Origin: Eledone cirrhosa
Taxonomy: Eukaryota
DNA: 64,000 nucleotides
Reading direction: 5' to 3'
NCBI GenBank assembly: GCA_964016885.1
Contig: OZ024741.1
Span: 119,412,001 to 119,476,000, forward strand
Shown here piece by piece: positions 39,422-51,500 of the stretch. The translations under genes and the position numbers were made by a program. Under the pieces are notes generated by a model. The model saw only the letters and a list, made by a program, of their open reading frames with translations, made no database searches and was not told the DNA's origin. How positions within the stretch are numbered: position 1 is the stretch's first letter; each line of letters begins with the position of its first letter.

Positions 39422-40110
39422 TAGTAGTAAAGAATCATCTGTAAAGAATCATAGTAAAGAATCATCTGTACTCTACCAACATGCTAAAATAGAACATAAG
39501 GGTAAATTAGAGAACATAGAAATAAAAATAGAATCTACACACAGAAAAGACGCAATGTTTAGACAAATCACAGAGGCAATAAACATAAAAGAATTACAAC
39601 CAAAATTAAATAGAAAATATGAGTGGAACAGCAACATCACAACTTACAATTAAGGACAAAATGAAAACACACACGCACATAGAACAAACAACCAATCGGT
39701 AACATGTAAATAAACAAATAAATAAACAAATATAAACACACACAGACACCCGGATATGGCGCATGCGCAGACTGAGCACACAACACACACACAGAAACAA
39801 AATGGCGTAGGACAGAACAAAGGAGAGGCACAAAAACAAAGAAAAGAATCCCCAGTCACTGAAGAGGTCACAGAATGTGTGACGAAAGAACTTTGACAAT
39901 ATATAAACAACTATCTGGTTGTGGAACCAACCAACCAACCAGAAATTTATAAATTTATAAATTCCTAAATTTATAAATTTATTATAATAAATTGAAGTGA
40001 AAGCAACTGGTGCGTGTGTTTCTTATTGGCAACATGACCCTCCCAAAGTATAACAATATCGGTTTCAACACACGATTTCAGATAAAAAATCTTGCTAAAC
40101 AAATTCAGAA
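39422..40110 (+). mobile_element. 3' fragment of a third Penelope-like family (GIY-YIG C-terminus + pLTR)
   Basis: SVLYQHAKIEH...DAMFRQITEAINIKELQPKLNRKYEWN, followed by a hammerhead; 3' boundary approximate. Confidence 0.78.
39855..39897 (+). ncRNA. Minimal type I hammerhead ribozyme, intact core
   Basis: GUCA-CUGAAGA-G-GUCACA-GAAUG-UGUGAC-GAAAG-AA-CUU/UGAC. Confidence 0.82.
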
Positions 40111-40114
40111 ATGA

Positions 40115-40358
<244 letters not shown>

Positions 40359-43222
40359 GGCTATGGGTTTGGTACTAGAAATGAGGAAGGCTCCAGAATC
40401 CTAGAATTCTGTGACGCAAATAACCTAACTATCTGTAACACTAACTTCAAAAAACGAGACAATCACTTGATCACCTACAGATCAGGGGAATATACCAGCC
40501 ATGTAGATTATATCCTTACCAGAAGACGTGACAGAGTGTCTGTTGTAAACACTAAATCCCTCCCCCATGAAGAATGCACCTCCCAACATAGACTGATAAT
40601 TAGCGACTTCATAGTCAGGACGAGACGTACTCGACAACAGAAGAGGACTATCCTCAGGAGAAAAATATGGAAGCTAAAGGACCCCACAGCCAGAAATAAA
40701 TTTCAAAGCATATTACTTGATGCTTTCGACAGTAAGGAAGAGCATTTAGAGTCGTACAATATAGAGGAACAGTGGGAATTCCTGAAAGCAAACCTGCTGA
40801 TGGCGGCAGACGAAGTCTGTGGCTGGAGCAGGCCTATAGGCAGGAGGAGAGTAACATGGTGGTGGAACAGTAAGGTGGAGGAGTCAATTAAGGCCAAAAA
40901 GCAGGCTTGGAAAGTATGGCGGGATGGGGGAAGTAGAGAAGACTATCAAGTGGCCAGGAGGGAAGCTAGGAGACAAGTGTACTTCGCAAAAAGGGAAGCA
41001 GAGGAAAGAAAGTTCAAGCATGTTCTACAACGCGAGGACCAAAATACGTGAGGTGTTCAGGATTGCTAGGCAATGTGTCAAGGAAAACCGTGATATTGTC
41101 GGGGAGAAGTGTGTCCTTAGTGATGATGGTGTACTTGCCATCACTGACGCTGATAAGAAGGTAGCTTGGAAGTGTCACTACGAAAGGCTACTAAATGAGG
41201 AGAATAAATGGGAGAAAGACGGTCTCCCCCACATCGATCCAATAGAGGGACCAGCACTGTTGGTCGAAGGTAGTATAATAAGTAAGGCAATAAAAGATAT
41301 GAAGACGGGTACGGCGGCTGGGCCTTCGGAAATAGTTGCTGAAATGCTGAAAGCTTCTGGAACGGTGGGACACACCATGGTCACCCGGATAGTAAACCAA
41401 GTCATACAGAATGGGGTTGTTCCGAAGGACTGGCGTAGCAGCATCATCATTAACTGCTACAAGGGTAAAGGAGATGCCCTAGATAGGAGTAACTATAGAG
41501 GCATTAAATTAATCGACCAGGTCATGAAGGTCACAGAAAGAGTTATAGCCCAACTAATCAGAGAGAGAATTGATCTAGATGAAATGCAGTTCGGGTTTAT
41601 GTCAGGTAAAAGTATCACAGACGCTCTTTTCATTGTACGACAACTACAGAAGTACCTAGCTAAAAGTAACGCCTATACTTAGCTTTTGTCGACTTGGAGA
41701 AAGCCTTTGACAGAGTCCCCTGTTCCATTATCTGGTGGGCTCTTAGAAAACTAGGTGTTGATGAATGGCTTGTGAGAGCTATACAAGCCATGTATAAAGA
41801 AACAGTCACAAGGTTAGAATTAACAACGAATATAGTGAAGAATTTAGCGTAAAAGTTGGTGTTCATCAGGGCTCCGTTCTGAGCCCCCTACTATTTATTA
41901 TTGCCCTTCAGGCTATAACAGTGGAGTTCAAGACCGGCTGCCCATGGGAACTCCTATGATGATCTAACGCTCATAGCTGAATCAATGGCTAAACTAGAGG
42001 AGAAATTCCAAACATGGAAGCATGGCCTAGAATCAAAAGGCCTTAAAACTAACCTGTCTAAGACTAAAGTTCTAGTTTGTAGGAAAGAAAATAGGGCACC
42101 GGTCCCATCCGGGAAATGGCCATGCTCAGTGTGTAGGAAAGGAGTAGGTAGAAACTCCATTTTATGTCCCAAATGCAAAGTATGGGTGCATAAAAGATGT
42201 AGTGGGATCACAGGTAAGCTAGCTAAGAACATAGATTTTATATGTGGCCGGTGCTCTGGTGCAATAAGTAGCAGCAAGTGCCCACAGAATACAAGCTCAT
42301 TCCATTGCACAGATGGTTTTATAGAAATAGTGGACAGCTTCCGTTACCTGGGTGACAAAATCAACAGTGGGGGAGGGTGCTCTAAAAGTACAGTAGCTAG
42401 AGTCAGAACTGGATGGAAAAAGTTCAGAGAGCTTATACCACTATTAGCCGCTAAAGGGTTCTCTCTAAAAATGAAAGGCAGGCTATATGATGCCTGCATA
42501 CGAACAGCAATGTTACATGGCAGTGAGACCTGAGCATTGTGTGCAGAGGATATACGCAGACTGGAGAGGAACGAAGCTCGCATGCTCCGCTGGATGTGTA
42601 ATAGTAATATACGTGAACGGCAAAGCATAAACGAACTAAGGGTAAAATTAGAAATAAGAGGGATCAGATGTTGTTTACTCGAGAGAAGACTACGTTGGTA
42701 TGGTCACATGATGCACATGAAAGACGACAGCTGTATAAAAAAGTGCAGGGCAATAAAAATAGACGGTAGCCACGGAGTAGGCAGACCCAGAAAAACCTGG
42801 GACGACTTGATAAATTCCGACCTCACACACTTACACCTCTCCAAGACAATGTCACTGGACCGAGATCTTTGGCGCTACGCAGTAATACAGAAGACCCGCC
42901 TTGCCTAAGTACAAAGCGAAACCTACAGTCAGTAGGCACCTCTAACAAAAATACACCCCCGTCCCACTACCCCCACCCCATCCACACCACCCCTTTCAAT
43001 GTAAAGTTATGTTGGTACCACAACATCCAGTCTGAAACAAATGAGGTCGTGTAGGTGTCACGACAAAAAAACACACAGTCCACGCTGTAATGTGGCCGTG
43101 TAGATAACACGTTAAAAACATCCCAGTCCACACTGTAAACGTGGTTGGTGTTAGGAAGGGCATCCAGCCGTAGAAAACCCGCCAGACAGTCCTATGTGAG
43201 CAAGACAACCACTCTTGCCTCA
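40359..43222 (+). mobile_element. RTE family A, 5'-truncated, frameshifted
   Basis: ORF pieces 40092..41051, 40924..41682, 41985..42533 and 42537..42908; the 3' UTR switches to a family B tail at about 43221. Confidence 0.93.
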
Positions 43223-44236
43223 GGACAACCCGTCTAACCCATGCTAGCGTGGAAGAACGGATGTAAGTGCTGATGATGATGATGATGATGATGATGAATA
43301 ATGTCCGTTTACAATTGTTTCGCTACTCCATATAATATTTCTGGATCAGTTGACTATATATCATAATTGATCTGGTTCAGTTGAAAATAATTAACATATT
43401 TAAAAGACAGAGTGGCTCATTGGAACTTCAAAGGAATATAAATTAAAATAAGTGTTTCTACTTTAGGCACAAGGCCAGCAATTACCTAGTGCATTACTGG
43501 TACTTTATTTCATCGACCCCGTGAGGATGAAAGGCAAAGTTAACCTCGGCGGGATTTGAACTCAGAATGGCAAGGGACGTAACTCTATGCATCAAAGCAT
43601 GGCGTCCGACCCTCTACCAATACTTCCAATCCACCGCATTAAAATAATGAGAGAATGTTACATAATATCATGTCCCCTCACACAATGCAGCCTCGACAGA
43701 CGAATACTGCTTGATTATGGCTGACAACTGATGCAAGCAAGACACCATAGTAAAAACCAATATATGGAACATTATATTATGTAACATTCTCTCATTATTT
43801 TAATTTATATTTAATTTATATATAAGGGCGGTGAATTGGCAGTATCGGTAGAGGGTTGGACGCCATGCTTTCTAGCATAGTTACGTCCCTTTACAGTCTG
43901 AGTTCAAATCCCGCCGAGGTTAACTTTGCCTTTCATCCTTACGGGGTCGATAAAATAAAGTACCAGTAATGTACTGGGTAATTGCTGGCCTTGTGCCTAA
44001 AGTAGAAACAATTATTTTAATTTATATTCCTTTGAAGTTCCGATGAGCCACTCTGTCTTTTAAATATGTTAATTATTTTCAACTGAACCAGATCAATTAT
44101 GATATATAGTCTGATCCAAAAATATTATATGGAGTAGCGAAACAATTGTAAACGGACATTATTATTCACCATCATCATCATCATCAGCGTTTTACGTCCG
44201 TTCTTCCACGCTAGCAGGGTTAGACAGGTTGTCCTG
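43221..44236. repeat. Inverted duplication of about 1 kb (arms about 450 bp) containing a LINE tail and a SINE
   Basis: 43221-43668 is approximately the reverse complement of 43775-44236; Nin-like SINE at 43455-43640 (-) and 43825-44010 (+). Confidence 0.9.
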
Positions 44237-47200
44237 TTGTGAGCAGTGTCTGGTCGGCTGACCATGCCTTGCTCATACAGGAACTGATTTGGCTTGATTT
44301 CTACAGCTGGATGCCCTTCCTAAAACCAACCTCATTTACAGTAAGTGCTGGGTGCTTTTTCGTGGTACCTACACATCCACTTTACAGTGTGGGCTAGGTG
44401 CTTTTTGCCGTGGCACCTCCACGACCACCTTGCAGTGGGAGGGTGTGAGGACATATTGTCTATATGCTTCAGCTTGTACCCATGGGAGGTCAGGTACTCT
44501 GTATTACTGCGTGACGCCAGAGGTCATGGTCGTGTGTCATCGCCTTTGAGAGGTGTAATTGGGTAAGGTCGGCTTTTATCACCTCATCCCAGGTCATCTT
44601 GGGTCTCCCCACTACGCGGTTTCCATCAACTTCTAGTGCTCTGCACCTTTTTATGCAGCTATCATCCTTCATACGCATCACATGTCCATACCAGCGCAAC
44701 CGCCTCTCCTGCACACAGCATTTGATTCCTCTTATGCTCAGTCTCTCTCTCAATTCATTTATGCTTTGTCGTTCGCGTATATTACTATTACACATCCATC
44801 GGAGCATGCAGACTTCGTTTCTCTCTAATCTACGTAAGTCTTCCACCTTCAGCGCCCAAGTCTCACTACCATGTAACATTGCTGTTCGGATACACGCTTC
44901 ATACAGTCTGCCTTTCATTCTGAGGAAGAAGCCTTTTGCAGCTAGCAGTGGTAGCAGTTCCCTGAACTTCTTCCATCCCGTTCTTACCCTAGTTATTGTA
45001 CTTTCTGAACACCCACCTCCGCTGCTAATTCGGTCACCTAGGTAGCAGAAGCTGTCTACTGTCTCTACAGAGCCCTCCCAGAGATTGGTGGTACTTGTTT
45101 CCTGTGGCTGTTTGCTGCTTGCTGTCCAAGTACAGCTGCTGCATGTGAAGCCTACATTCTTAATTAAGCTTCCTGAGATCCCTCTACATCTCTTGTGTAC
45201 CCATTGTTTGCATTTGGGGCAGAGAATGGAGTTTCTACCTACACCTTTCCTACATACTGAGCAAGGCCATTTCCCTGAGGGGATCTGGGTTCTGTTTTCT
45301 CGTCTACTTACAAGGACCTTAGTCTTTGTCATGTTGACTTTGAGACCCTTTCTTTCTAGTCCCTGCTTCCAAGTTTGGAATTTCTTCTCTAGTTCTACCA
45401 TAGATTCAGCTATAAGTGCGAGGTCATCAGCATACAGGAGTTCCCATGGGCATCCGGTCTTAAACTCCTCCGTTATTGCCTTCAGGACTATGATGAACAG
45501 GAGAGGGCTTAGAACAGAGCCCTGGTGGACCCCAACCTGTACGCTAAATTCCTCGCTATACTCATTGCTAATCCTAACTTTGCTGACTGCTCCTCTATAC
45601 ATGGTTTGTACAGCTTTCACAAGCCATTCATCTACTCCTAGTTTTCGAAGAGCCCACAGCACGTGGAACTCTGTCAAAGGCTTTCTCGAGAACGACGAAT
45701 GCCAGGTAGAGTGGCTTACTTTTAGTTAGGTACTTTTCCTGTAACTGCCTCACAAGGAAGAGGGCATCAGTGGTGCCTCTTCCTGGTACAAACCCAAATT
45801 GCATCTCATCTAGTTTCACCCGGTCCCTAATCAACTGTGCTATAACTCTTTCTGTTACTTTCGTGACTTGGTCCATCAGCTTTATACCTCTATAGTTTCC
45901 TCTATCGAGTGCATCACCTTTACCTTTGTAGCAGTTGACAATGATGCTACTGCACCAATCTTTTGGTATGACACCTTCTAGTATTACCTGGTTAACAATA
46001 CGTGTGGTTATAGTGTGACCTACAGATCCAGATGCCTTCAGCATCTCGGCAGCTATACCCGATGGACCGGTTGCCTTCCCTATCTTCATATCTTTGATTG
46101 CCTTACTTACTACGCTGCTGCTGACTTGTACTGCTGGCCCCTCTATAGGGTCTACTTGGGGTAGGGTCTTTTCTTCCCATGCATTCTCCTCATTTAGTAA
46201 TCTATCATAATGACTCTTCCATGCATCTTTCTTCTAAGCACTTGTGAGGGCAAGCTCACCTTTATCATTCCGGATACACTTCTCTCCAATGACATCACAA
46301 TTCTCTCTGACACACTGCCTCGCAATCTTGCACACCTCCTGTTTCTGGTCCTCACGTTGCAAAACATGCTTGAATTTTCTATCCTCTGCTTCCCTCCTAG
46401 CTAAGTATACTTGTCGCCTAGCTTCCCTCTTGGTCTCTATGTAATGTACTCTGCTCCCCCCGTTCTTCCATTCTTTCCATGCCTGTCTCTTGGCCTTAAC
46501 TGCCTCATCTACCTTATTGTTCCACCACCAAGTCACTCTCCTCCTGCTTCTGGTCTTACTCCAGCCACAGACCTCTTCTGTCGCCTCTAGTAAGTTATTT
46601 TTTAGGAACTCCCAGTTCTCTTCTACATTGAATGTCTCTATTTGTTCTTCTTTACTGTCGTAGGCGTTGAGTAAAATATCTTTAAATCTGTTACTGGCTG
46701 AGGGGTCTTTCAGCTTCCAGATCTTTCTTCTCCAGGTTGGCCTCTGTTTCCAGGTTTGTCTAGTTCTGACTGTGAGGTCGCTGACAACTAAGCTATGTTG
46801 GGGGGTACATTCCTCACTAGGGAAGGCTTTTGTGTTTACAACCGTCCTTCTGTCACGTCCTCTGATGAGGATAAAATCTATCTGACTAGAATGCTCCCCT
46901 GATCTATAGGTGATCTATAGGTGATCAGGTCGGGTTTTTTGAAGTTTGTGTTACATATCGACATGTCATTGGCATCGCAGAATTCTAGAAGTCTGAATCC
47001 TTCTTCATTTCTTGTGCCAACCCCATGGCCTCCATGGACTCTACTGAAGCCGTCACAGTGTTTACCTACGTGTCCGTTAAAATCTCCTGCGATGATTAGG
47101 AAGTCATTGTCGTTTGTTAGAGCAGTAGTGTGCATTAGGGACTCGTAAAATCTATCCTTAAGTTCGTCTGGCAACCCCGATTGGGGTGCGTAAGCTGATA

Positions 47201-47890
47201 TTATTGTGGTAATTGTTTTATTCAGGACTAGTCTGAGTTTAATGATTCTTGCATTTACCCTGTACACTGAGATTACTTTATCTACCCACTTGTCAGCTAG
47301 TAGTATACCTACACCACCCATCCCATCGTCATTTCCCACCCAGAAAAATTTGTAGCACCGACTTTTTCCTACAAGGACTCTAGCAGACTCTCCTCTCCAT
47401 CTAGTCTCTTGCACACAGCATACATCAATTTCCTTTTGCTCTAGCATCTCTACGATTTCTCCTGCTCTTCCTTTCATCGTGCTTACATTGATGGTACCAA
47501 CTCAGAGTTTTGGGCATTTGTCGACACTCGTAGGGAAGGGTCGATTTTTACAGGGGTGTGTGTGTGCTTCCTCTCTCTGGATTGGGGCTTCACATGGGTG
47601 CTTGGTAGCTCGCGGATTCATATTCATTTCATCTATTAATTCAGAGTTGCTCCAATTTATTCTCAGCTCATCCATCCATACCGGTAGGAAAAATTCAGGG
47701 CTAGAACAGTGGTGGTGGTAATAATGGCAGGGTGTGTTGGGCTGGGACGGGGGAGGAGGGAGTTAGGTAGTAGTAGTAATAGAAGAAATGGCATGCTGAG
47801 GTTTGATTGGTCGAATAGGCTATGGTGGTATGAGGGGGTGGGTGGGAGGGAAATTGTGAGGTAGAGAGAGGATAGAATACAGCATGGCAA
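44165..47890 (-). mobile_element. RTE family B, full-length but disrupted
   Basis: ORF pieces 46878..47477, 46234..46536, 45628..46089 and 44490..45677 are collinear with 49274..52393; the 5' UTR resembles 49060-49273. Confidence 0.94.
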
Positions 47891-48320
47891 AGTAGCCGAT
47901 AGATTACAGCAACAATAATATTAATAATAGCCAGTCATGGCCTGTAGCCTTAGATGGAAAAATAGTCAGAGACAGAGTCAGCATGGTAGGGAAAAAATGA
48001 GGATAACAAAATATTATTATTATTATTCTCTACATTCCTTACATCAAACTAAAATATGTTGACAACCTTTTAATAATGTCTTCCTTGTGAACTTTGTGGT
48101 CTTGTTTTGCTTAACTAATGAATATTTCCAGCTCTGCGCACCTAACTTCTGCATGAACACAGGCACCTAGCTGCTTTCTACTGCATATTGCACATTGAGC
48201 TCATGCCTTTACGCTTTGGCTTCTAACTAATTCATCAATCTCTCCTCTCATATCTCTCCTCTCCTATCTCCATCTCTCTCTTTAAGATTGGTTACTCTTG
48301 AACTGTGTGTATATATATAT

Positions 48321-48533
48321 ATACAATAGGATTAGAATACCGCATGGTAAATATCCAAGTTAATAAGTTAATACTACATCAGTAAAATTAACAATAATAA
48401 CGTCATGAAAAAAGCTACTTCGAGGGTTTCTCTTAGTAGCTTTTTTCATGACGTTATTATTGTTAATTTTACTGATGTAGTATTAACTTATTAACTTGGA
48501 TATTTACCATGCGGTATTCTAATCCTATTGTAT
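48321..48533. repeat. Perfect hairpin, 99-bp arms and 15-nt loop
   Basis: 48321-48419 is the reverse complement of 48435-48533; the right arm recurs at about 48930-49010. Confidence 0.92.
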
Positions 48534-51500
48534 CTCTCTCAGTTATTTACCATGCGACCCTCAGTTCCTACCCCCCCCCCCCCTCTATGCACTTCTTTAA
48601 GGCTTACTACCCTGTCTTTAACCTAATTCATTCAATCTGAAAATATTGAAGAGATAAGACACTTTGCCATTCTTCTCTGCTAAAATGTACCACTAGAGCT
48701 GATTCAAATTTTCCCAGCCAGCCATCCACCTAATCTACGAAGGTATTTTAGCCTACATATTGTCGTTAATATTATGATGTTCCCTGCTGTATTAGCGTTA
48801 AATTTTCCCTGCTGTATTAGCGATAAATTTTCGAGGGTTTCTCTTAGTAGCTTTTTCATGTCGTTAATATTATGATGTTCCCTGCTGTATTAGCGTTAAA
48901 TTTTCCCTGCTGTATTAGCGATAAATTTTCGAGGGTTTCTCTTAGTAGCTTTTTTCATGACGTTATTATTGTTAATTTTACTGATGTAGTATTAACTTGG
49001 ATATTTACCATGCGACCCTCAGTTCCTACCTCACAATTTCCCTCCCCCCCACCCCCACACACCACCATAGTCTATTCGACCAATCAAACCTAGCATGCCA
49101 TTTCCACTGCTGCTGCTGCTACTACCTGCCTAACTAACTCTCTCCTCCTCTGGCGCATCCCAACACACCCTGCCATTACCCCACCACCACTGTCCTTCTA
49201 GCCCTCAATTTTCCCACCGTTAGGGATGGATGAGCTGGGAATACACGAGCAACTCTGAATCAATAGATGAAATATGAATCTGCGAGCTACCAAGCACCCA
49301 CGTGAAGCGCCAACCCAGAGACCCTCCCCTACGAGTGTCGACAAATGCCCAAAACTCCGAGTTGGTACCATCAATGTAGGCTCAATGAAAGGAAGAGCAG
49401 GAGAAATCGTAGAAATGCTAGAGCGAAAGGAAGTTGATGTATGCTGTGTGCAAGAGACTAGATGGAGAGGAGGGTCTGCTAGAGTCCTTGTAGGAAAAAG
49501 CCAGTGCTACAAATTTTTCTGGGTGGGAAATGACGATGGGATGGGTGGTGTAGGTATACTATTAGCTGACAAGTGGGTAGATAAAGTAATCTCAGTGTAC
49601 AGGGTAAATGCAAGAATCATTAAACTCAGACTAGTCCTGAATAAGACAATTACCACAATAATATCAGCTTACGCACCCCAATCGGGGCTGCCAGACGAAC
49701 TTAAGGATAGGTTTTACGAGTCCCTAATACACACTACTGCTCTAACAGACGACAAGGACTTCCTAATCATTGCAGGAGATTTTAACGGACACGTAGGTAA
49801 ACACTGCGACGGCTTCAATAGAGTACATGGAGGCCATGGAGTTGGCACAAGGAATGAGGAAGGATTCAGACTTCTAGAATTCTGCGACGCCAATGACATG
49901 TCGATATGTAACACAAACTTTAAAAAACCCGACAACCACCTGATCACCTATAGATCAGGGGAGCACTCTAGTCAGTTAGATTTTATCCTCATCAGAGGAC
50001 GTGACAGATGGACGGTCGTAAACACAAAAGCCTTCCCTAGTGAGGAATGTACATCCCAACATAGCTTAGTTGTCAGCGACCTCACGGTCAGAACTAGACG
50101 AGCCCTGAAACAGAGGCCAACCTGGAGAAGAAAGATCTGGAAGCTGAAAGTCCCCTCAACCAGTAACAGATTTAAAGATATTTTACTCAACGCCTACGAC
50201 AGTAAAGAAGAACAGATAGAGACATTTAACGTAGAAGAGAACTGGGAGTTCCTAAAAAATAACTTACTAGAGGCGACGGATGAGGTTTGTGGCTGGAGTA
50301 AGACCTCAAGCAGGAGGAGAGTGACTTGGTGGTGGAACAATAAGGTAGATGAAGCAGTCAAGGCCAAGAGACAGGCATGGAAAGAATGGAAGAACGGGGG
50401 GAGCAGGGTACATTACATAGAGACCAAGAGGGAAGCTAGGCGACAAGTATACTTAGCTAGGAGGGAAGCAGAGGATAGAAAATTCAAGCATGTTTTACAA
50501 CGTGAGGACCAGAAACAGGAGGTATTCAAGATTGCGAGGCAGTGTGTCAGAGATAGTTGTGATGTCATTGGAGAGAAGTGTATCCGGAATGATAAAGGTG
50601 AGCTTGCCCTCACAAGTGCTGAGAAGAAAGATGCATGGAAGAGTCATTATGATAGATTACTAAATGAGGAGAATGCATGGGAAGAAGAGACCCTACCCCA
50701 CGTAGACCCTATAGAGGGACCAGCAGTACAAGTCAGCGGCAGCGTAGTAAGTAAGGCAATCAGAGATATGAAGATAGGGAAGGCAACCGGTCCATCGGGT
50801 ATAGCTGCCGAGATGCTGAAGGCATCTGGGTCTGTAGGTCACACTATAACCACACGTATCGTTAACCAGGTAATACTAGAGGGGGCCATACCAAAAGATT
50901 GGTGCAGTAGCATCATTGTCAACTGCTACAAAGGTAAAGGCGATGCACTAGATAGAGGAAACTATAGAGGTATAAAGTTGATGGACCAGGTCATGAAAGT
51001 AACAGAAAGAGTTATAGCACAGCTGATTAGGGACCGGGTGAATATAGACGAGATGCAATTTGGGTTTGTTCCAGGGAAAGGCACCACTGATGCGCTCTTC
51101 CTTGTGAGGCAATTACAGGAAAAGTACCTAGCTAAAAGTAAGCCACTCTACTTGGCATTTGTCGACCTTGAGAAAGCCTTTGACAGAGTTCCACGTGCAG
51201 TAATCTGGTGGGCTCTTAGAAAACTAGGAGTAGATGAATGGCTTGTGAAAGCGGTACAAGCCATGTATAGGGGAGCAGTCAGCAAAGTTAGGATTGGCAA
51301 TGAGTATAGCGAGGAATTTAGCGTACAGGTTGGGGTCCACCAGGGCTCTGTTCTTAGCCCTCTCCTGTTCATCATAGTCCTGCAGGCAATAACGGAGGAG
51401 TTTAAGACCGGATGCCCATGGGAACTCCTGTATGCTGATGACCTCGCACTCATAGCTGAATCTATGGTAGAACTAGAGAATAAATTCCAAACCTGGAAGC

